A DNA stretch of 61,998 bases, counting the filler, from Rhabdomonas costata (lineage: Eukaryota): the NCBI GenBank assembly GCA_019059605.1. It is 23 parts of 23 records of this genome, joined end to end, with 100 filler letters (N's around TTAATTAATTAA, not from the genome) between each part and the next. Parts side by side here need not be neighbours in the genome. Positions count along the whole stretch, not along the records: positions 1 to 2,603 come from JAHMHO010002667.1; positions 2,704 to 5,306 come from JAHMHO010002668.1; positions 5,407 to 8,009 come from JAHMHO010002669.1; positions 8,110 to 10,711 come from JAHMHO010002670.1; positions 10,812 to 13,404 come from JAHMHO010002671.1; 18 more parts are not named here. One strand, 5' to 3'. The notes below the pieces were generated by a model. It was not told the origin of the DNA and searched no databases. It saw only the letters and a program-made list of their open reading frames with translations. Shown here piece after piece: positions 1 to 13,138 of the stretch (positions within the stretch are counted from its first letter, which is position 1; every line of letters begins with the position of its first letter). The position numbers and the translations under genes are program-made.

Positions 1-525
1 GTTCAGGGCCGGGAGGGACATACTACCACCACAGTTTCCGATCCAACATTAACCATACGGGGCAGGGGGGTCGAATTTTCGGTGAAAAATGCCCTAAAAT
101 GGGGCAAACCCAAGCTAATTGGGTCAGGAATGGGCCAAAAACAGGCGAAAACGAGCCACTGTCGGCGGAAGTGGAGTATTTTCAAAATGCTTCGTTCTAA
201 CCAATCATAATGGGGAGGGAACAGGACCTGAGAAGCGTTTGCAAGCGACATGGTGAATTATTGTCCATTTTTTCCATGGTGATAGCCCCCTTTTAAATCG
301 AGTTTTGTCAATTTCATTTACATAGAGAAACAATTTTGGGGTGGCGAAGGATGGCGAAGAATTAACAAAAAAATCGCTTCAAACCAAAGCCTGTACACCA
401 GTATCCTGGTGGGCCCGAGCCCCGTGGCTTGGTTTCGTCCTTTGTCATGTAAAACCGTATAACGGCGCTGTACCGTTTAACGCCCCCCCCCCCACACACA
501 CACCAAAATAGAACAGACCCGGACC

Positions 526-2518
526 TCTGTGTTTTCGAGTGTTGGTGGTGGTGGTGATGGTGGCCCTCTTCCGCCTGAGGTTAGTGGGGTCTTTTCCAGG
601 TTCTGTCTTTTTCGCGTGCAGCAAAAGCTTCCCGTCGTGGATAACCGGGACATGGTGACCCTGTCCGTGAAGAAGAGCTTCACACGGACGGGGTCCACGG
701 GCCGCGGGGTGGCGACCTTCTCCAAGTCGGTGTCCCACCCTTCCGCTCCTCCGGTGTGCCAGCTGTTCGGGCTTCGTTGCCTCGCAGCTGATGGGATGGG
801 GGGCGGTGGTAATTTCGCCGTGGCTACGAATGGGGAACGGACTCCACCACAACTGCACTGCACACAAGGAAGCAGGATAAACAGGATAATTTCCAACCGC
901 GCAATGCTGATAATATTCTGACACATTCTTTTCTTTTCCAACCTTTTCTTTTCCACGATTGCAAATTGAACACCGGACCAGACCTGCTGTCTTTTTTACC
1001 CCAGGTTTTCGCCCGAGTTGAACTTTTCCTTTCCGCTTTTTGACTGTCTGTGTTTTGTTTAGTGGCTGTGTTTGGTGCTGTGTATACGATGTGGTGTCGT
1101 GCGCTGGTGCTTTTGATGTCCTCGAAGTGTCGTTTTGTTATAACTATACTACTTCCATCCTGTATACTTGAATGCAAATGACCTCTGTATCCAACTGATA
1201 TTTTTTCCATTGGGACTGCTGTGGGGAGCAACCCTTGTCGCTCCCTCACCTCGCAGGTTCCGAAGGGTTTCAAGCGGGGGGAGGTTCTGACATGCTGTGC
1301 CTTTATAGAGGTGTGTGAGGCACTGGAACTATGTTTTTTCATCCACATTGGTTAGCTGGGCATGCCGATGGGTGAACCTCTCCTTTCACCATCTTTGCCC
1401 TATCATTCGCACATCCACAGCTCCTTTCGTTCTTGCCGCCGTGCTAGTTTCGGTGAAAGCGACCCCGAACAGTTTTGCTGTTTTTAATTGGGCACCCCGC
1501 GGGTCTTCCCACCCTTCGACGCAAGCAGGAGTTGCTTCCGCACCAAGTAAAACCGAATTAGATATCCATATTTTGGCTCTCTAATTCTCTCAAACCGATG
1601 GTCAGATGTACTTCACATCACGGGGTTCAGCCGAAAGGAAGGTACAGAGTGGTTGTAATTCTCACCAGTATCTTCTTCACCTTCTTGCCCTTCTTTTCGG
1701 CAGGAAGTTCCGGGTGGGGTGCGGTACACTTACACTCAGCAGGCAAACATGCACTTCATGGACGACGCGGCCACACGGAAGATTGTGCAGACAGGACTCA
1801 AGTCTCATATGCATGACTACTTCGGCAGGCTTGCTCGCCTGACCCAGAAGTGAGGCCTTCTCCGTGAACATATGTGAGCTCTCGACCCTAGAAACACCTC
1901 TGGCCGCCCCCATTTCGGTTCTTCCGCAGCTCGGTCACCTTTGGTGACGCTATCCGGCTTTGCTTGCCCTGGCTGCGGATGTCCCCTTGTACCCCACCAT
2001 CGCTCGCCGTTGTGTTATGTGACATAAAACTATGGTGTCGTTCTCGGACCCTCATACAGTTTTGCTCGTGAGGTTTTCGTAAAGGCAATTCACTGGTTTC
2101 CAGTTTCCTTTTTCTCCGCTTGTTGCGCCACAGGGGTCCACATTGCATGGCATTTCTGAGGGACCTGTAAAAGAGCCGCATGCATCCGGCACAGGTTTTA
2201 GTCGAGTGTCCAGAGGAGGCAAGTCGCGGGCCCATGAGAACAGTCGCGTTAAATTCGCTTAACTCCCCGGCCTGACCTTCGGGTCGGCGTACCGCGGCCA
2301 CCGCGCCCAAGCCCAGGAAGTTAAGCGGCGAAGCGCGGAAAAACACCGGACACGACACCGGCTCGACTGACATTCAACCCGATTGTCCGCAGATTACACG
2401 CCACGTTTTGGAAAATACGCGCGCCATTGAAATTACTGAGTGTAACCGTTTTTTCGATGACATGGTGCGTTTCCTTTGCCAACGTTTCCGGGGGGCTCTT
2501 GGATCCTCCTTCCGCCAA
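526..2518 (-). CDS. Spliced gene fragment, unknown product (candidate exons ~2518-2370, ~1710-1666, ~788-526)
   Basis: GC3-rich codon runs (WDTDLEKVATPRPVDPVRVKLFFTDR; ELPAEKKGKKVKKIL followed by a GTGAGA donor) bounded by AG/GT. Exon joins not verified. Confidence 0.35.
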
Positions 2519-2603
2519 AACCTACTGCCACCCTTTAACGGGCTGAACGGCGGCCGAATTTCCACCATAAAGATGATCCCCGCCATTCCTTCAAAAATGG
2601 GGT

Positions 2604-2703
2604 NNNNNNNNNNNNNNNNNNNNNNNNNNNNNNNNNNNNNNNNNNNNTTAATTAATTAANNNNNNNNNNNNNNNNNNNNNNNNNNNNNNNNNNNNNNNNN
2701 NNN
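2604..2703. other. Artificial contig-joining linker (N-run + TTAATTAATTAA six-frame stop + N-run); first of 22, recurring about every 2.7 kb
   Basis: The same ~100-nt N/TTAATTAATTAA/N block recurs at ~2604, 5307, 8010, 10712 ... 59299. The contigs between them are all ~2600 nt. Confidence 0.98.
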
Positions 2704-2824
2704 GTTGTTTTGTGTGAAAGAGTCGTGAAAGAGTCCTGAAGAGCTCACAGCTGCTGCTGTTCATTTCTCTCCAGATTTTTCTGTGTTGTGAACCGCCATT
2801 TTTGGTGCTCTCCTCTGCGGCACA

Positions 2825-4402
2825 ATGGAGGTTAACTTCAAGAGGCAACAAATGCTGCAAAAGCTTGCCGAAGTGGACAAAGGTTTGGGTTGCTTTTCCT
2901 TTTCCCTTTCCTTTTCCCTTTCCCTTTCCCTTTCCCTTTCCCCTTCACTTTTTCTGCCCTCCTTCATTATGTTTGCTCCCTCGTCCGGTTTCGGCTCTGA
3001 TCGATAACCAAATGCGTTTTGCTTGAGAATTGTGAGGTTTTTTTTCGAAAAGTTATTCTGTTAAACTCTGTTGAAGGAAATTAAGCTGAGCGATTGTGTT
3101 TGTGAGCTTGAGGTGATTGTGAGGTGTTGGTGTCACTTCCGTCTTATGTTTTTTTTTGCAGAGAAGCAGTTGGCTCAGAAGGACCTGTCTTTTCAGATGT
3201 GGAAGCACCTCAACACGGGCTATGTGAGCCTACCCCACACCACCACATCCAAGGACACCTTTACGTATGCCCAATCAGTCGTTTTCTTTGTTTGTGGTTC
3301 ATGGTTGATAGCTGGTGGCGGTGGGAATGGGACTGCAGTCGTTCGGTATTTTTGTGCATGCATCATCGTTGTGGAAACAAACAAATCAGATTCATCCGTC
3401 CTCGAGGCGTATTTCATGTGCTTTCTGAGAGAGTGCATTTGTGAGCGCTTTCCTTGTATTTGTTCTTTCCACTGCTTTCTATTTTTTTAATACAGGCAAG
3501 AGAGAAACTAAATTCCACCAAAGTTTGGGGGAAGGGGTCCGAAAAAATTAATGGAAGGGAAAATGGAAAGGAGTGTGTGGAGAGGGGGGGGAGAAAGGGG
3601 GAGGTGCGTGACGTGCACCATAGACACCACAGAGAAAGACACCAAAGAGATGTGCATCCACATCCACATAACAATCGCAAGCGACCAATGTCCGCATCAA
3701 GGCAAGGGAACTATACCGCAGCGACTGCCCATTGTATTGTTGCTTTGTGCAGTTTCTATTTCTTTGTCCGCTCTTGGTGTGCCTCCGATATACCTGGTGA
3801 ACCATCGATTTCTCCCTTTGTGTGTGACAGGTGTGAGCCGGAGGATTTCGCCAACGTGGACAAGGAGAAGTTCCGCACAAGGGACAAGCACACGGAGTTT
3901 GTGGTACGCGCGCCGAACGCCGAATCCGAACGCCGAATTCAGTTTTCCTTTTTTTACTGTCCTGACTTTTGCCTCAACATTACAAGTACGAACGCACAGC
4001 AACGGTGGGCCCGTGAGGTCCAGTTGTGTCGATTTCCGCGTCCCCGTTCCACAAGGGGGTGCCTGTCATCGCTGCAGGTTGAAGTGTTGGGGTTAAGCAA
4101 TCACTCCGGGTTTGCCCTTGGAAAGATGATCGTCATATCCACCATATAACACAATTTTCTCGTATCAACGCTCTGCTCCCATCCCTTTGATTCGTTGCCT
4201 CTCCAAACAACACGTCCAACGTTTTCCTTCCTCACGTTGAAGGTGCGTGCGTCCATTTTTGTGATGTTTGCCCACCCCGAGTGACGATGTTCTCAGGTTG
4301 TGGGTGTGGCGCGTGGTCGGGCGCGAAAATGTTTCATAGGAATACCTGGTCAGAGACCAGAACCTGCAGCGTGGAAGCTCGAAGCATGCCAAGCCCAAGT
4401 GA
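2825..4402 (+). CDS. Complete 4-exon gene for a 98-aa protein of unknown function (exons 2825-2882, 3162-3264, 3831-3903, 4340-4402)
   Basis: Three GT-AG introns with matching phases (1, 2, 0) give MEVNFKRQQMLQKLAEVDKEKQLAQKDLSFQMWKHLNTGYVSLPHTTTSKDTFTCEPEDFANVDKEKFRTRDKHTEFVEYLVRDQNLQRGSSKHAKPK-stop. Confidence 0.8.
2895..2945 (+). repeat. Intronic (TTTCCC)n hexamer microsatellite
   Basis: About 8 imperfect TTTCCC units in intron 1 of the 2825-4402 gene. Confidence 0.85.
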
Positions 4403-5925
4403 ACGGGGGTTCTTTCCCTTGTTTGTTTTCTCCCTCCGCATTGTTGCCCTTTTAGTGACGGCTCTCTGTTTCCGTGTCTTGCTGCCTGAAAAATGGGTGC
4501 GCCAAAGGTGCGTCGAGCGTACCCGATAAGGGGGAAGGCTTCTGGCTTCTCCTGTGCACGGGGTGCCCCCTTCCTCGCTCGGCGCACTGCAGGGTGGCGA
4601 GTTTGGGGGGGGGGGTAAAATAAGCATGTTTGTTTTGTATGTTTGTTTCTCTTGCATGTTTGCGCATGCTGGACCTCGCAACCGTCTGCGATTGAATTGT
4701 GTCTGAGGTGTTGCAGAGAGATGGATGCCATGACATTATGAAAATGGCAGGTGCTCAAAAGACCCTGTTAACCCATGGCAAAAGCGCGATAATCCAGGCA
4801 GTAAAAAGTGTCATCACCCCTGAGATTAATGACCCAGGAGCGGTCGACAACAAATGACATTAAAAAATACATTGAAATCTCCGCAGGCGCCACAGGAAAA
4901 AGCTCAAAAATGACCTAAAATCGACCTTGAAAGGTCCTTAGAGGTGCACTAACGAGGTCTATCTCATGACGGTTTCCCCGTTGTTGCACTCTCTGTGGCT
5001 CTTGTTGGTGAAAAAAGCACAGTTACGGTCGCGGAAAGAATCTGTGTGAGTGATCTGCAGATGGATGGAAAGGGAGGGCAAGAAGGGCACACGCGGCAGC
5101 ATTTTGTGAGGTAAAAGTCTCCCAAACAGTCATCACTCGGAGACAGCCAACGTGTGTAAATGTGGAAGCTACTGTTTCGAAGAGCATGCTCAGAGCCGAT
5201 AGTCAGGATGTCTAGCGAATCCACTGACAAGATCTGTACTCACTGTCCTTTCAGTTTTCGTTGTGTGCCCTGTCCTTGCTATTGTTTATTGAGCTCCCCC
5301 CAACCCNNNNNNNNNNNNNNNNNNNNNNNNNNNNNNNNNNNNNNNNNNNNTTAATTAATTAANNNNNNNNNNNNNNNNNNNNNNNNNNNNNNNNNNNNNN
5401 NNNNNNGGTGTGGGTGGTTTCTCATGCCTGCGGAGTGGCGATTATTGAGCATGCGGTGAGTTGGGCGTGAGTCATTTGACAGTGGCAAACCTGAGCGAAG
5501 GTAGGAGACTGACATTTTCTTTTCGTAAAATACGTTGTGGGTGCTGTCGGTGCTGTCCCTCCGCTGTGCGGGGCAAGAAACGGTGCAAAAGATACAAAGA
5601 TACGACGAAAGAGCGCCAAGGGACCCTACAATTGGGGGTGATTGGGGGTGTTTGAAAGGTCGGAAAACTCCTGATCCCCAGACCGGCGACTCAGCGCTTC
5701 GGGAGGTCTGCTGTGTAGAAAAAAAAAAGCAAAGATCTGCTTCGGCTTAGCCCTCTTCTTTTACGCAGTCTGCTTTTCATTGCAAATTATTTGGTTGAGT
5801 TTCCACAAACCAGCAAGGCACTCCCACGGCACAGCACAACGCTGCACATCAGATACCATCATACTTATATGATGCGAAAACTTAAAGGAATAGATGAAAG
5901 AGACAAACGGGAGGACAGAGTTACC

Positions 5926-7860
5926 GTGGAGAACGATTGGGGAACCCGCTGGCGCGGCCTGCAGGAACCTCTTGATCGCATTAAGCTCCGCGGGGAAGCC
6001 CGTCGTAGCAAATCGCCGGACCCCCTGGCAATCTCACACACCTTCCCCTCTTTTGGCTACCAAGGGACTCTACTAACCGGGTAACCGGGAAAACAAAAGC
6101 AACTCGAGTTGGCTGAAAGTGCGTTACTTGATCACACTGAACTATGATGTAGGATGATGAACTATACCATAGCGAAAAATCGCGTGCAGAGAAAGGTTCG
6201 CTCAGACAGTTCTGATATATGGGGGTGATTTCGGTTGGGGTTTTTTTTTAGCAGAATTACCCACCATACGCATTCAGTTCGGCTCATCGAGCATATCCCT
6301 CCCGGGTCGAAGTGTTCCCTTTAAAAAATGGGGAAGGCAAGGCATCGCCCCAAGGACACGGTTCCCAAAAATACGCGGACGAAGGGCTGCCCACGGTGGC
6401 CATCATAGGGCTCACCATCGCCGCGGTGCGCCATTGCAAGCCGGAATACACCGCAGAGTACCCCTCCAGGTCAGGGCTGCGGAAGCACCCTCCCCAACCC
6501 AGAAGCAAGGCAGAGCCCTTCGCGGGCCCCCCGGGAGGTTCGCTCAGGTGAACCCCAGAGTACGGGCAGAAAGCCAGCTGCACGGGAACACAGCACAGCC
6601 CATGGACCACCACCGGACTTGGAATGAATGCTCTGAATTAAAAAGAATGTCATGTATTTCTTTGCGGCCAACACTGGTGCATATGGAACGCACGTACCCT
6701 GGGGCTTAGGCCAAAGCACAGGAAACGGCTGCGCACTGGTCCTTGCACTTCAGGCCAGTCACTTCCATTTTTGGCGGCTCATGTATTTTGTACAATCTTG
6801 TGCCCCCTGCAGCCCGAGGGTTTGACGGGGGCAACCACTCGGGGGAAAAACGTAAAACAAAAAAGGAAAAGGAAAAAATTGGTTTGGTGTCCAGCAACCG
6901 CAAAAACAGAGAAGAGAACCTCTTTCGTCAGGATCCCCCAATCCTTTCCGGCTGTGCAAGGTCCTTCACTGGAATTTCACGCCCTGCCGCAGCAGCACTT
7001 CTATGGAAAACCCCCTCCAAATGTCGATCTCCAGGGTGGGGGAGAGGGGACACGTCCATAGACACGTTTTGCCCGTTCCCGCAGTATGGTCAAGAGGCAA
7101 TAGTGTTAAAAAAAAACGGCTTAAGAAATTAAGACTAAAGCAAAATGCGGGCCCATGATGGTGGTGACTCCCCCCCTGGCAATTTGTTTTCTTGTCACCA
7201 GGTCTGATCCGGTAGCCACAAGAGAGAGTGGCGCTGCTTCGGCCGAGGCCACAATGGGAACCTCTCGTACTTGCCAATAGCCTCTTGTGCGTAATTGGAG
7301 TAAAATAGGATGCTGTATCCACCTTCTCCATGGCGGGACTTTCTCTGATCGAGCGCTGCCGCCAGGTCAGGCCAAGGCTTACATTGGTTGTTTTTGTTTA
7401 CAAACTCTCTGCCTTCAGAGCATAGAGACTCCCGACCGCGCCCGTTACTTTCGAGACTAATATTTAAGCGGAATCAACCAGATCAACACTGATCAGTATT
7501 CCCCGGGCACAAACCAAACCTTCTGGGAACTACACTGTCCACCGCAAAGCGCCAGAGAATCCGACCCTGTGGCCCCAAACAGCAAACTTGCGGAACTTGG
7601 ATGTTTGAGGGAAGAACACAGAAGTGGTGGCACGGGTGGAAGACCTCGCACAGGCCCACGGCGGCCAGCTTCTTGTGCACACTATCGTCGCTTTCCTCCA
7701 ATAAGGTCAGCAGCCCTCTCACCACTCCCCCGAGGTTGCCCTCGTGCACTGCCCCCGGGACCTCCGCCGCGCCCATAGACAGCGCGACAGAGGGGTCTCT
7801 GGTGCGCAGCAGTTGCTGCAGCAGAATAAGAAGCTCCCCTCGGCCCCGAACTTGCAAGGC
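5926..7860 (-). CDS. Multi-exon gene fragment, unknown product (candidate exons ~7860-7597, ~7370-7203, ~6617-6417, ~6025-5926)
   Basis: AG/GT-bounded coding-like segments, e.g. GVVRGLLTLLEESDDSVHKKLAAVGLC; PVVVHGLCCVPVQLAFCPYSG...WRTAAM|gtgag; GVRRFATTGFPAELNAIKRFLQ...|gtaac. Confidence 0.5.
6699..6832 (+). repeat. Dispersed ~130-bp repeat, copy 1 (intronic)
   Basis: Closely matches the reverse complement of 49794-49920 (shared aagcacagga-acggctgcgc-ctggtccttgcact...catttttggcggctcat...tgtacaatcttgtg...ctgcagcc...gggtttgac). Confidence 0.85.
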
Positions 7861-8420
7861 CACAGCCATTGAGTTTTGAACGAAACAACGAAATAAGAAA
7901 GGCGCGAATGGGAAGTAGATAAATCTGCAGCTGGGGAAGATTCACGCCGTGGGCTGCGGCAGGATTGAGGGCCGTTTGCATTCTCTGGCGTCGCACAAAA
8001 AAACAACACNNNNNNNNNNNNNNNNNNNNNNNNNNNNNNNNNNNNNNNNNNNNTTAATTAATTAANNNNNNNNNNNNNNNNNNNNNNNNNNNNNNNNNNN
8101 NNNNNNNNNTGTTTTTGTGGACAGAAGTGTGCTGGTAGAAGAGTTCCATTTCGCCCTTCTACCAGGCTCCTCGTTCCTTCCCACCTTTCACAGCCGGGTG
8201 CGCGTGAGGATCGTGGGAATGTGTCCGTGGGTGGGTGGGTTGATGGGTATGTAGTGAAACTGCACTGAGTAAGTCTGTGTTGCTGTGGGAACCCGAAGTG
8301 ACACTCGAAGTGAACGCAGCTTTGCTCATTCACTCGCCATCTGAGATATTTCGGGTGTTGTGGCACCCTAACCCTCCGCCACCCCCACCCAAGCAAAAAA
8401 ACGCAGGAGGGAGGGTGTAC

Positions 8421-9794
8421 CTCGTGCATCGCGGAGAAGAAAGGCAGGGCCTCCGCACCGCCCAGCACCCCAGCCACCGCGGAGGGGTAGGCCTGGGCCA
8501 GCCCGCGGGCCACAGCAGAGCACAGCAGCTCCGTGCATGGAGCCCCTCCCACAGCGCAGGAGGGAGAGCCGCCCAGCAGGGGCGTCGCGAGACTTGACAG
8601 CAGCGCCCACAGCGCATCATTGCGAACTCCTACACGTGCGCACGGACAGCCGAAACTCCCGCTGACCTTGCAAGAACGTTATGCCACAGTGCCCTGAATT
8701 ACAACGTTGTCTTGCCCAAGATCAACATCAAGATAGGACTGTGCCTTGCTGTTGTTATGAGTGTACGGGTGGTGATGCCGCAGACGCGTCCTCAAACCAG
8801 TTTCGATTCGTTCTTTTGTTCTTTAGTCCGCATCATGCGTGTTGCACGCCCTTTATTTTATTATTTGTTCATCGGCCACCAGCCACCCTCTGCACGCAGT
8901 CTGAACGACGCAGGAGAGATATGCACAAGGGATAAGGAATGTTCATGCTGTCATCTCGTGGGTTCAGAATATGGAGGAGGTGCATCAATCCGAGGTTGGG
9001 CACACAAAAAATATGAGCCGTCTCCAAGCAAGCCTTCTGATCCGGGCTCTTCATTGCCCCACCCTTTCCATTACGGCATCAGAAATTTACACTCTGAGAG
9101 CGCGCGTGCACTTCCAGGCCTTCAGGTTTCATCCCTGGGCAGGGCAAACCTGGCGACGGGTGGCACAGCAACTTCACAAAATGCATCGCCGCATCCTGAG
9201 AAACAACCCAGCCCAGAGCCACATCCGAACCGCAGCCAAAGGAAACCAAAGGAAACTACTGTGTCACAACAGGGCTTACTGCGAGTGTGGAAAGAAAGAG
9301 AGGATGGGGGGGAGACCCTTTGTGAGCACGGATTGAACCAACACACACATACACACATATCCAGTCGAACTCCCACGCGAAGCCTTCAAATACGACATAA
9401 GCGAGAAAACCTGTTTGGTTAGTCACCTCGGGAGGCAGTCCATTTCCACCCACACCCACTTCCATATTTTGGCTGCTGTTGTGTACACGGCTTTGCGGCT
9501 TCTTGTCCATTGTCCGCAGCATTACAACCGGAACGCTGGGGTAAAGTTCATAAGTCCCACCCCAACCCCACGCGATCGCTTCGCACAAACGGATAGCAGG
9601 TCTGTCGAAGGGGCACAGACCTCGTGGGAGGAGGCGGAGGAGCCATCCCTCTGCACCAAGCCCTGCAGGTGGTGCAGCAGAAAGCCTGCCACAACAGGCG
9701 CTGCGGCCTCCGCCCGTGATAAAGACGAGGCTCCAGGGGAGCCGTACGAGCCATCCCCGCCGCGAAGGGGCTTGCCCGCGCCCCCACCGCACAC
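8421..9794 (-). CDS. Coding-like exons (9794-9621, 8592-8421) of an unknown protein, not MutS-like
   Basis: AG/GT-bounded, stop-free, GC-rich segments: VCGGGAGKP...VAGFLLHHLQGLVQRDG...HE and LATPLLGG...ELLCSAVARGLAQAYP...AMHE. Confidence 0.45.
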
Positions 9795-10230
9795 CTGCGA
9801 GGAAGAGGGCTGCAGAAGGGGAGTCAAACAAGGCAGTGCGGGGAGAGGGGGCACATGAACGGCTTGAGCTGGATGCGAGCCAGCTGAGTAAAATTCGAGA
9901 GCATTTGAGCTTTTCTTTCTGATGGGTGAATGGGCAGCACCGTATCCGCAGGCATAGCCGTGCCAGCACTTCACTCTATAGCTGCGCTACGAGCTATTCC
10001 TGCCCTCTTCCGCTGAACCTCCTGTACCTCGGGGTTGCCTCACTGACTCTTTGCCCTGGTGCATCTGCGAGTAATGTCGATTCCCGTTGGTGGTAGCATA
10101 AGGGTCCGTGCATCTGTGCATGTGTGGGCGGGGGTTCCGCGACGCACAATGGAAGGCTAAAAAGCTCACTCCCGCGGAAAACAACGCTTAGCCATCCCAT
10201 TCTCAGGCTCTACCTAAGCCCAAAGCAAAC

Positions 10231-10711
10231 CTGGTAGTCCGTGGCTCCTACACGGGCCAGTATGGCGTCGCGAATGGACAGCGTGGCTGCAGAGCACGGC
10301 ACCCACATCCCAATTTGAGCCAGGAGCTGCACTAGGGCCACGGTGCGCAGGAAAGTCGACTTTCCACCTTTGCAGTTTGCAGTTTGCCCACCACGACAGG
10401 GTGACTGAGCACCACAGCCTACCGCCAGCAGACACCCAATCGCACATCGTGCATGCCACAAACACAACGCATTTGTTGGAGGTCATTTCTGCCTCCAGTA
10501 CGTTTTCGAATACTCTCCAGCTGCATGGCCGCTTCTCGGAATACGGATCACCCCTCTGCTGCTGGGCGGAGGTTGTTGGGAAACCTCAATTGCGCATTAA
10601 ACCGCGATTCTAGGGACCCCAACCCTCAGCGCTCGCCCAGTCTGCCACACACACAAACCCATGTTTGGCCCGGTGATTATACTCATCACCGGCCCGCCCT
10701 GCCCCCCCAAC
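10231..10711 (-). CDS. MSH2: MutS-family mismatch repair ATPase domain fragment, MSH2-like (exons 10711-10659, 10367-10231)
   Basis: Spliced IITGPNMGGKSTFLRTVALVQLLAQIGMWVPCSAATLSIRDAILARVGATDYQ contains the Walker A GPNMGGKST, which is split by a phase-1 GT-AG intron. The ILARVGA.D.Q segment is MSH2-typical. Confidence 0.8.
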
Positions 10712-10953
10712 NNNNNNNNNNNNNNNNNNNNNNNNNNNNNNNNNNNNNNNNNNNNTTAATTAATTAANNNNNNNNNNNNNNNNNNNNNNNNNNNNNNNNN
10801 NNNNNNNNNNNTGTGTTGTTGGATTATAGTCTTTGCTGACCCTGTAGCTCACATATGCTACCTGGGGATAGAGGGCGCCCCAGCTGTTAGGCAGGGTGAA
10901 GCTTGTGAGAAAGGCTCACTAATGCCTTTGCGCAGTAGTTCTGGTCCTTCCAG

Positions 10954-13138
10954 CTGACATACGCACAGACAAGGGAGCAAGTTTCGAAAGAGTTCGCTGC
11001 TTTGGAGCGCCGTTGTTTGTGTATTTCGGAAGAAGGAACAAGAGCGAGGCAAAGGTTCATTTTAGAATGCGATATGGTATTGATCTGTGTGGTATGCATA
11101 TATCAGTTTTAGTTTCGTGGTTAACAAAAGTGAGCACACAAAAATGAGTTTTCTCGTCGCGTGCGTTCTCTTCCATCTTGCGGCCGTTCTCAATGGTTTT
11201 CCAAATGCAGCGACGCGTGTGCTCGAACGCTCACCCTTGTACCCCCCCCCCCTCATTCCGCAGTCGTTTGAAGCAAAAGGAGCTGCAGGTGAAGGAACTC
11301 GAGGGGGAGCTTCAGAACACTTGGAAAGAGCTTAGCCGCATGGACGCGTATGCCTCTTGCTGCTCCAAGCTCTGCGGTGGTCACCTTACTGCTCGGTGTT
11401 CGGGAACTTGTGGGCATCGGAGCTTCTCTGTGTGTTGGATGTTTCAAGATGAAACTTTGTTTAACGCAGGGAATGCAACAGAATACTTGGACTCATCGCA
11501 GTGGGAAACTCGGAGCATTAGATAGAGGATACTTGATGCCACAGGGCAGGGAGGCACCTTAGGGAGGTAGCTTAGGTGTATTAGGTGTAGGAGTGTGTAA
11601 CATGTGAGTTGGGCGGAAAGTCGATGGCAGGTCTGGCTGAGATGCGCTGGAACATGACCCACCTGCATGTCAAGATTCTCTGCAAAGCATAGGCGTACTA
11701 TGGGGCGCGGAATTCGGGCTATGTGGGAAGCGCGAAAGGAAAACCGACCGGTTCGCAGAGCTCAGAAGGAAGAGAGATTGTCTGTAAAATGTACACACGT
11801 GATAGAGCGTGAGAGAGGGATGCCTGATGTTTCGCATGGAAGGTGGCATGGGGCTCTGCGTCTTGCTGAGAATTCACCCATGCGGGTCGTGGACGGTGGT
11901 GGTCGGCATAAGTGCATTTATGCCTCCCCCTCAACCTGCTAGAAACCCGCGCATGCATGCATCCAACAATGAAGCCCCTACGATTGTGGGCCGCGGAGCG
12001 GATCCTGCAAAGAGTCCCAGATAACAGGTACATCGCCTATAACCCCCTGCAAAAGCTTCTGTTGCAATCCCAGGGGACCCATGCATCGCCACTAACCCCA
12101 TGCAACCTCCGGAAGGGCCCATAAAAGCACTAGTTGACAGCCCAAACAAGGTGGACCCACCCTACGGAGGAGGGGGGGAGGTACATAAATGCGCTAGCGC
12201 CCGGTGCTCACGAAGGAACAAGAGCGGAAAGCAGACACCAGAAAGGTGGACCGAAGAAACCGTCTACGAAAACGGGTGACATCGCTGTTGGTGGAGGGAT
12301 GGGTCGGGGACGGGCCTGGGTTTGTCTGGGCACGGCAGAGCCTGATGGGCAGGCGGCACTTGGAGGCGAAGGGCAGGGCAGTGAACTGGCCCAGGTGGGC
12401 AGTGACTGGAGCAGTGGATGGGTCCTCCCATGTTTATCTCGTCGCTCACACGTATGTCTGCGTCATGGCCGCGTTGGGCAATTTCTGTTTGGAGACCCCC
12501 ATCCACTCCTCCCCGCGCCCGCACGCGAAGGCTGGTGGTTACCCTGATGAAGGAAGCTGGGGAGCTTAAGCGGAGGCTGCAGTCTCAGGAGAGGATTCAG
12601 GTTTGGCAAAGGCGTTCATTTTTTTCTTTCACCCCCCCCCCCCACACACACGCACTCCCATCATTACCTTCCCGATTATGCACTGCTTCCCTTTTTCTCT
12701 GTTTTGTTGCATCAGGGGCATTTAAGGTTGGTGTGTGTGTGGGGGGGCTCGGCAAATTGCAAACCCAGCCGACGTAGATGGCGAAGAAGATCAATTGTTC
12801 CTTCGTGTGCCCGAAAATCCTCCAATCATTCCAAGGATGAGACGCAAAAGAAAGCAGGGTACAGCTCAGGTCAGCATGCCCTTGAAATTTGCCACCACTG
12901 CCGAAAGCGACCGTGGGAGACGTGGTATCGCTTCCTCGTCCCCAAATGTTATGCGCTTCCCCTGAAAACAATGAGGGAAGACAGCAGCTGTTTCCTCCGC
13001 ATCGCCATGTTTTGCTTGTCAAATATGCCTTGTTGACGTGCTACTCTCATGCATCAGGGGAAAACTCCAAACGACTCTGTGCTCGAGAGGCTGCAGAAGG
13101 AAAACCGGGAGCTGCAGGAAGCCCTGCAGACCCTCCAG
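10954..13138 (+). CDS. Coiled-coil protein, internal exons (~10954-11011, 11264-11348, 12531-12600, 13058-13137)
   Basis: AG/GT-bounded heptad-rich segments: RLKQKELQVKELEGELQNTWKELSRMD; LVVTLMKEAGELKRRLQSQERIQ; VLERLQKENRELQEALQTL. Confidence 0.55.
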
